Assembly: GCA_030141605.1 (NCBI GenBank)
Contig: JAQGDQ010000336.1
Location: forward strand, 124,001 to 188,000
Source: Tubiluchus corallicola
Lineage: Eukaryota; Animalia; Priapulida
DNA: 64,000 bases
Reading direction: 5' to 3'
This document shows, piece after piece, positions 40,201 through 49,200 of this stretch. Under the pieces are notes generated by a model. That model did no database searches, was not told where the DNA came from, and worked only from the letters and a program-made list of their open reading frames with translations. Every line of letters begins with the position of its first letter. Position 1 is the first letter of the stretch. The translations under genes and the position numbers were made by a program.

Positions 40201-43200
40201 AAGCTAAGAGAGTCGTTCTCGTTGCTCATGTCGAGCGGCCTTATATAAACTTTTCCTTCATAAATTAGTCTAAATAGTGGGCTTCATGCAAGTCGTTCTC
40301 GTTGCTCATGTCGAGCGGCCTTATATAAACTTTTCCTTCATAAATTAGTCTAAATAGTGGGCTTCATGCAATGCATACATGCATACTTGTATGGTCTGAA
40401 ACTACCTACAGACCTATTCTAAGGGCAAATCTAAGTTTAACATTCAAGGCTATATTATAAGACTGTAGTTAAAGGAAAATTCACTAAGTAAGAAAAAAAT
40501 ACTAGAGAATTTAGGGGGAATTTTATAGACACATAAAATTAAATTTATCTTCGGGAAATATATATGCGATTTCCCGACACTCCCGAAATCAAAAAGAGAA
40601 AGTGATCATAGGGATGCTAAAAATTTCTGCAAGTACAGACAAAAATTCTTATTTCCAATACTAGATGCAACTAGAGATTAAAGTATGTGATCAATTGCAA
40701 ACAGTAGTAATCAACTAAATTGTCATACAAATCAAATAAATCATCAACAAGACAAATCAAATGACAATGCACGGGCATAATTGGGTTAGTAGCATAAAAG
40801 TGTAAACAAGTAACAAATGGTGTATAATACGATGAGGATACATGGTGATATTTTTGAGTTTCCTGTTGTAATCGTTTTCTTTATGTTTTCTTCTTTCATG
40901 GACCGTTTTAAATCTCCAGTAAAAAGTATTTTATCAGGAACATAGTCCGTCCACTAAACGCTTGAGTACTGGATCAAGTTAAGAAAGTATAAACCGTAAA
41001 CTTGGTGAACCAACAACCAGCAAACCGTTAGATGGAAAATGTGCGCACAATGAACGGTACTTGGAGGTGAAGAAACTGCTGGAACCATATGAGGAATATA
41101 TCACCCTTTGATTAGATGACATCTTCATCAATCATCTGCTGCAATAACTGGCGAGCCTTCTTTGCTGACTGACGCTGAGGTCGTGAAGTACTGGTGCTAG
41201 GAGTGTCACATGACTTGATGACATCATCGGTTGATTTATTTGCACCTACAAATGAAGCAGCATTACTGTTCGTGGAAGAACAAGAAGGGTCATGCACAGT
41301 TTTAGATGTTAAGTCTACGTTATTGCATTGATGATTGTTATGATCAATGTACTCTAAAGGATAAAGATGATTTATGTTTCTGATTAGTTTAGTACCATTA
41401 ACTAAAACACAAACAGAACGAATATGTCCATCAGCACTAGGTTTTAGCTCTAATATTTTCCTGTATCGCCATTGTCCACGGGTAACGTTGTCGTCCACAA
41501 GGACAACATCGCCTACATGGGGAATGACTGATAGAGTTACCTTCTCTTGTTTAATAAAAGTTTGATGACGCTCATGAAGACTAGAAAGGTATTCTGATCG
41601 CCAGATGTCCCAAAAACGTCCGAGGTAAAATTGACCTTTCTTCCAAACATTGAGTAAATTCCTTGCTGAAACTTTCTTACCAGTAAGGAAGTCCTGAACG
41701 TCATAATCGAAATCAGGTATAGATTCAATAACCTGCAAGTTGATAAGATGGGATGGTGTAAGAGCAACAGATGAATTAATATCTGTATCCACATAGACAA
41801 TGGGACTATTATTAATCATAGACTCTACCTGTGTAATTAAAGTAGTTAGCTGCACAGGTGTTAAGGGGCGACTAGCTATAGTCTTTCTAAGCGCCTTTTT
41901 AACCAAACTGTTCAGACGTTCATACACTCCACCTGTCCAAGCTGCCTTTGGTGTTATAAAATGCCATTCTACCCCTTTAGAAGTAACTGAGTCTACTACA
42001 GCATTCTCAAAGATGTAATTAATAGTTTCATGAGCTAGTTTAAATGATGAAAAATTATCAGAGAGAATAAACTTTGGAAGCTCACGCCTAGCAAAAAATC
42101 TTTGCAGACAAAGTAAAAATGTTCTGCTGTCAGATTGTGGACTAACTCTAAGTGGACTCCACGGGTGACAAAACATGTAAAGAGACAAATCCATGCCTTC
42201 TCGAACACGGTGTTACCCTCTCTAAAAATCTTTACCCTTACTGGCCCGAGGTAGTCGAGTCCACAACACAAAAAGGGTTTAGTGACTTTTATCCGTAATA
42301 AAGGAAGGTCCGCCATTTTAGGTAAGGCGTAAGGACTTCCATCAATTCTACGACATGATTGACATTCAGACAAAACCCGGCGGGTGACAACACGCCCACT
42401 GGGAATCCAATATTTTTGACGCACTAACGCGAGTGTCTGAGATGGGCCAGTATGTAAATTAATAACATGAACATGTCTTACCACTAATTTTGTGAATTCA
42501 TGATCCTTAGGTAAGAGGATAGGCCTCTGAGAACCATAAGTAACTAGGTTACCTAAGCGTCCTGTACATCGAATAATACCATCCTCATCTATGATGAGAC
42601 CTAAATTTTTCATATTCCTCAGCTGCTCAGGAGTGAAAGAGCGCTGTGCCTGCCTCACCCATGATAAAGTTGACTCTTCCAAGTCAGCAGCAGAGACACG
42701 TGCCCTAACGGGAAGATTACGAAACCGTTTCACAGCTTTAAAGACGTAACACGTCGTTCGAAGCAACCTGAGAAGAGAAGAGAACTTATTAACTGATATG
42801 ACAGTAAGATCACATGTTACATTATCTGTAGCACTAAGAACAGATTCAAAAGCAATCATTTCTTTGGACTCTTTAGTTTTGACCTCTGCCTCTATCTGCT
42901 CTAATTGCAAAGATGTAAGAGGAGGCAAATCACAAGTAGGCCATTCCGTTTTTTCAGAAAGCGAAAATTCAGGCCCATGAAACCAACTTTCAGATAACGG
43001 ACCAGAATTTGGCCTGGTAGCACAATCAGCAATGTTCTGCTCAGCTGGTACATAGCGTAAGGAAAAATTGTCAAAACTACGTATTTCTACTACTCTGTTG
43101 TGCACAAACGTAGTAAGAGGTTTACTAGACTTTAACCAGTATAATACGCACAAAGAGTCAGTAAACAGTGTACATGCTACAGTATTTAACTTAAGTTCTT

Positions 43201-46200
43201 GACGAGCATAGTTAACAGCCCGAGCGCCAACTAAAACTCCAAGAAGTTCTAAGCGTGGAATGCTGACATTCTTAGGAACGAGGCGAGTCTTTGAAAAGAC
43301 CAAATCCACTCTAACTTGCCCATCATGAAGTACCTGGCGTAGAAAGACAACACAAGCATAAGCATACATAGAAGCATTAGTAAAACACAACAGATCAAAT
43401 AAAATATCATCATCCACATTAGTACAAATACAAAGGGGTATATGCAAAGAAAAATGGTATACGAACGATCAGCAATCAATTTCCATTGTTCTAAATGATG
43501 CTCACTAAGTGGCTGGTCCCAGCCATACTTTTCTACCCAAAGTTGAGCTAAAAACAACTTTGCATCAAGGGTAAGCGGAGATACATAACCACAGGGGTCA
43601 AACAGACTCGTAACTTGTTTTAATATCTCACGTTTAGTGGAACAATTGTGCATACTTACATCAATCTTGTGCGAAATAGACAATGTGTCATCCTTGGTGT
43701 TCCATTTTAATCCTAATACTTTAATTTCTGAGGATGCAATTTTATCTTCCTCAGGAAGAGAAGCAACAAACTCTAGGTTATTAGAACCCCATTCCCTCAA
43801 ATTCACAGATGCCGTGGAAAACAGATCTTTAGCTAATTTGTAGAAGGAAATGGCTTCATCAGTTGTGGCAACACCAGTTATGATGTTGTCAACATACATG
43901 TTAGCTAGAATGCGACTCGCAATGGGTATCTTACCAGACATTTTACTAAGATGATGCTGGACAGTACCTGCTAGCATCCATGGGCTACTCAGAATGCCAA
44001 ACGGACAGCGAGTAAAGCGAAATATTTGCAAGTTACCAGTAGGATCAGTGTTACCTATATCCTTTAACCAAAGAAAACGTGTGACGTCTCGATCAGGCTC
44101 ATGTAAACCAACTGCAAGGAAGGCCTTCTCAATGTCACAAACTAATCCGTACTCGTGCATCCTGGAACGAAGTAGTACACCACATAAGTCGGGCATTAGA
44201 ACAGGACCGCGGTATAAGCAGTCATTTAGGGATGGACTAGATTTATTCACCTTAGCAGAGGCATTATAAACTATTCTTAATTTAGTGCTAGCTCTCTGGG
44301 GGGTGATAACTGGGTGATGAGGAATATAATGAATAGTTTTACCTGTAACGGTATCTTCGGTAACAGGCTCAATGATACCTTTTTCTAACTGATCCTGTAT
44401 GACACTGTCATATTTCTCCAAGAGCTGTGGTTGTTTAACTAAACGACGCAAACAAGATTTTAATTGGCCTAGTGAAAGTGCAAAAATATCAGGAAGTATA
44501 TCTTGTTTACATTGCCAAGGCCATGATACGTAATAGCGGCCGTCACGATACTCAACAGTATTATCAAAATTCTTTTTGGCTTCTAAATCTCCAGCACTTG
44601 TTGGGCAGTCAGAAATTCCCAACAAGTCTAAACCGCAAAATCGGTTTACATCCAAATTAATGTCATGTTTATTTACTTGATACAGATGATCAAAGGCTGC
44701 TAATGATGTTTCTAAGGTGTGTTTCTCCAAAGTAACTAAACCATCAGTTGTAATACCTGGTTCTATGCAAAGTAATCCAGCTCTGTGCTCAGGGGCTATT
44801 CTTGAAATTTGGATATGTTCCTCCTAAGACGTATCCTAAACATGTTGCAAAAAGATATAAACCAGGTCTAATTTCTTCTTTAAATGGCAAAAGAGTTTGG
44901 AAGTAGTAATCATTACCAATTAACAAATCTGTGGTATTGACATGATGGTTTGGATTACAATAGTCATCGGCTAAGCTATAGCCGTAAGTACATTCTAGGA
45001 AATCAGCTATTTCACGTGGCAAAGGTTCACGCAATGTAGGGGAAGATATGCATTCAGCCACGCGGACTACTAACGGTAGATACAAATTTTCTTTAGTAAT
45101 CAAATTAACACGTGTTGTAAAGCACGGTACCCTAGATAAGGTATGACTGCCAAAAGTAGCAAATTGTAAAAACTCACATTTAGTTGGCTTAATGCCTAAT
45201 TGTATAGCTAAACGTGTAGTTATATAAGAACAAGCACTTCCTGAATCAAGCGTTGCATTAACTTGAACCCGTTGATTAGTAACAGGATTACTTACAATAC
45301 AAGAAGCAGTTTGCATACATACGCTCTCCGAGTTTGAATACAGAGCCTTTTCTGAAATAGCTTATGTAGTTGGAAATCAAAGAGAAACTTCTTTAAACAA
45401 AGACTTCGGTGATGACCTGATCGGCTACAATGGACACAAACACGTGAAGACTTACAGTTAAGTGCATAATGGTTAATGCTTAAACACTTAAGGCACCTAC
45501 CAGCTAAAAGTGCTTTACGAGCAGCAAGAGTAGAATGAACAGTACATTCATCGCTATAATGCTGGTTTGATTTACAAAATGTGCAAAGAATTTTCCTACC
45601 AGAAGCGTTATTGGGCTTTTGCCGTGACTGAGGTGCTACCTTCTTAGGCTGATCCACAGCTTGCAGTACACTCTCACCTCGAGAAACACTCTGTGATTTG
45701 GAATAATCAGGCTTACGGTTGAAATGATCTGGCTTCCGAAGAGGACGAAGTGAAGAAGCTTCTTCTTCAACAGCTTCCAAGTTACCAACATAATTCTGCA
45801 AACGGTCACGAAGCTCTTCGGTGGTCCAAATAGCGGAATCGAATAGCTGCAAGCACAGATTTAGGTAAGCGGCTAGTTATTAGTGGAACTGCCATATAAT
45901 CATCTATTTTTCTACCAGCACATTCTATAAAACGCAAATGGACTTCAAGCCTATCTAGAAAACTGCACAAGTTTTTAGCACCTTCACCAACACGTTCTAA
46001 AGAAGACAGAGCTTTGTAATGTCTATCAAGCAAAACATCTTTATTACCAAAGCGCTGTTGAAGCACTGACAAAACAGTAGGATAATTCTCTTTTGCAAAT
46101 TACGTAACCATCTATAGAACGAGCTGCTGCACCAGTAAGTTTCAACTTAAGATGCTGAAATTTTTCCACGTCACTTAAATCTGGGTTGTTATGGATAGCG

Positions 46201-49200
46201 CTACAAAAAATCTGCCAAAAAGATGGCCACTGCAAAGCATCCCCACTAAAACTTTTGATTTCTAATTTAGGGACTTTACAATGTACTTTACCGTGTGCAT
46301 GTGTGCAAGAATTTTGAAACATTACCTGTGATACATTAGAGGCTGTAGGTGTGGAAGCAGGAGGTGAATGATGTGAATGAGATGATTCGTCAAGTCCATG
46401 AAGTTCCGTCATAACATCTAACTGTGCTATAAGTCGGTTGACTTCATCAGCCAAGTAAAGATTCTCATCAATATACTCATTAGTTTTTTGCATAAGTTCA
46501 GCAGGGTCATGAGACTGCAAGGCTTGGTCATTAAGTGTTTCAACACGGCGAAGTTTCTCAGATAAAGAAGATTTTATTGCCCGCACTTTGCTGGTAATAG
46601 ATAGAGGGTCTTTGTTAATGGCCTGAGAAGATAATTTGGAAAGATCTTCAGCTGTTTTTAAGTCTTTGCGCATCGCGCTACATGTTTTACTCGAACAAGA
46701 ATGGTAGAAGCCAAACGAGTAGCCGCAGCTGAGATTTAGTCTGTTTGAGAATTTTTGGACTGGCACCTTTCTGTTCGCCATATTTAAAAGAATCGACCTC
46801 AAGTTTGCCATAGGAAATTGGCTGAAGAGCAGGAAGGCCAATATCATCATCTGAATCAGTTGCATTGGAAGAAACTGCATCATGCTCCGGCTGGTTTGTT
46901 GGCTTAACTGGCTGAGCCGCATCGCCACAGTTCTTAGCAGTTTTAACGTCAAGGTCAACTATCTGAGTCTCTTCGTCTGCCGAGGTATCAGATTCAACGC
47001 GTTTTGCATACCCAGGGGATTTCATGATTTTCTTGGCCTGGCTACGGGTTCGAATAGGTGATTGCTCTGACATTCTGAAAAAAGGCTGTTCGTCAACATG
47101 CAAAAATTCTGTAAATCAATATCAAATATACAAATCAGCATCAACACAACAAACTGTTAGCAAACAAGCAAAACTTCCGAAAAACTGAGCAACAACAGTT
47201 CTTCAGGCTTAGCTAATCTAAATCCAGACCATACGGATAACAAATCTTTGTACTATTATCAAACTTCTAATTTAGAAACAAGTGATTTACAGGAAGCACA
47301 AAAAAGTAAATTAGAACAATTTGCAAAATTGCAGAGCCGACACTTTCAGCACCATATCGAAAATTTGTTTTATAGTATGTGATTTTTACGTTAATAAAAC
47401 TCAGGGGAAAAACCTATGGTACACTAACCTGGTAATCTATTTGTAACAGGACTGAAACTGTCAGAAATCTTTTTATGATTGTCGTTAATATAGGGTTATG
47501 CGATTATCCTTTTAAAGTAAACCTTGATATGCATTTCTTTAATTGTTTGTGTCTCACTCAGGGCCTATTTCAGGGGGGGGGAAGTGGGGATACTTCCCCG
47601 GGACCTCACCCTCGGGGGGGGGGGGGGGGCTGGCGCCGAGGTAACATTTTTTTGCTTTATGCGAACATTCAATTGTTCTTTTTCTTTCCTTTAACAGCTG
47701 TATAACTCCATATTTTCTCTTCGAAAATGCTTCTCCGGCATTCGAGCAGTTCAAAAATTTTCTGGCCGCCAACCATGGTGGCGCCAGCCCCACCCCCCAA
47801 GGGGGCCTCACACGCCCCACTTCCCCGGGCCTCACTTAGGCTGAAATAGGCCCTGGTCTCACTACTTTGAACATTTAATCATTTCCATTTAGTCATTCGT
47901 ACTTCCTACTTCAAAAGAGCACAAACCAACAATAAAAAGCAGACAAGATTTGATTAAAATGTGGCCACAATAAAATACATCATTATTTCATTCAAGGAAC
48001 ACTCATCACAAATTTCACAAATATAAAGCGTTAGTTTAATAAATGTTTACTTACATACTACCATTTACACGAACAGCATAATTATTACAAGTAGTACAAT
48101 AATCACCTTATGAAGCACAATATAAATTCAATTTAGGTGCACCATAATATTAACTATAATTTAGCACTATAGGCCTATATAGGGGACTTGCTCTATTAGC
48201 CAGTGAAAGCTAATAAGAGAGTCGTTCTCGTTGCTCATGTCGAGCGGCCTTATATAAACTTTTCCTTCATAAATTAGTCTAAATAGTGGGCTTCATGCAA
48301 TGCATACATGCATACTTGTATGGTCTGAAACTACCTACAGGCCTATTCTATGGGCAAATCTAAGTTTAACATTCAAGGCTATATTATAAGACTGTAGTTA
48401 AGAAAAAATGCTAGAGAATTTAGGCGTGGGGACTTTATAGACACATGAAATTAAATTTATCTTCGGGAAATATATATGCGATTTCCCGACAATAAATATT
48501 TTATAAACTTTTCCTAAATATTTCATAAGTATTATCTAAACAAAAACAACGTCATTAAAATAGTGTCAAGTAATGTTGATTGAATGTTATGTTGAAGAAT
48601 GTATACTAACTATGTCATGAAATTAGCCAATTTCTTTCATCTTGATGAAGTATGTGCAGGCGTATAACACCAAGTTTTGTTCATAATTCAGTCAGCTGCA
48701 AGTGTTGACAAGTGTTTCACAATGAACACAATATCTAAAATATTGTTCTGCTGCATAGAAAAGCTTTTGTGTGAGCTGTATAATCATTGTGAGTACTGGT
48801 TTTTGAGCTGGATGTTGCACGGTGCTGCCATCTGGCAACGAAAATACTACGAAAACAATTTACAATTCCTTTAAGGCCAAATAGGTAGAATTAATAAAAA
48901 TATCCAAAGACAGTGACTGCCCGACCTTAAAATTTTTTTGAATTTGAATTCGCGCAGTTCCATACTGGACAGAGGTTTCTAATAGAAGTTTTTAGTAACA
49001 ACTGATTTATTTTGTGTCAACTCTCTCGCTGGTATAGCTTAAATCTGGGCCGGGTTTCAGCCTAATGGTCCCTGGTTCAAATCCTGTCCCAACAGCTTCA
49101 CTATTCCATTTTTTTCGGTTATTTAGGCCTCTAAGTTTCGTATAATAGTCCTGTGTATGTAACCTCCTTTGTATGATCCTGCTTATTGAGACTACTGAGG

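Larger units (their letters stand above)
39355..40579 (-). repeat. 3' LTR (1225 bp)
   Basis: Direct repeat of 47355-48491. Minus-strand termini TGTCGGGAAAT...ATTTTCGATA, preceded by a short purine run GGGAG (possible PPT). Confidence 0.93.
39355..48491 (-). mobile_element. Full-length, decayed BEL/Pao LTR retrotransposon
   Basis: Two LTRs (39355-40579 and 47355-48491), a 5-bp TSD ATAAA (39350-39354 and 48492-48496), and a PBS next to the 5' LTR. Domain order is gag-PR-RT-RH-IN, with BEL/Pao signatures: three CCHC knuckles, YVDN, PRLEL and GLDYLGP. Confidence 0.95.

Noticed and set aside
40580-41111. Possible env-like third ORF between integrase and the 3' LTR
   Set aside because: The longest minus-strand ORF I read is about 44 codons with no envelope features; this is 3' non-coding sequence.
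39606-47835. Paired ORFs 39606-39866 and 47554-47835 ([11 protein letters not shown]...)
   Set aside because: Chance ORFs in the GC-rich MITE duplicated with the LTRs; their frames diverge at the G-run.
49025-49095. tRNA gene
   Set aside because: A B-box is present, but no acceptor or anticodon stems can be formed; at best a SINE relic.
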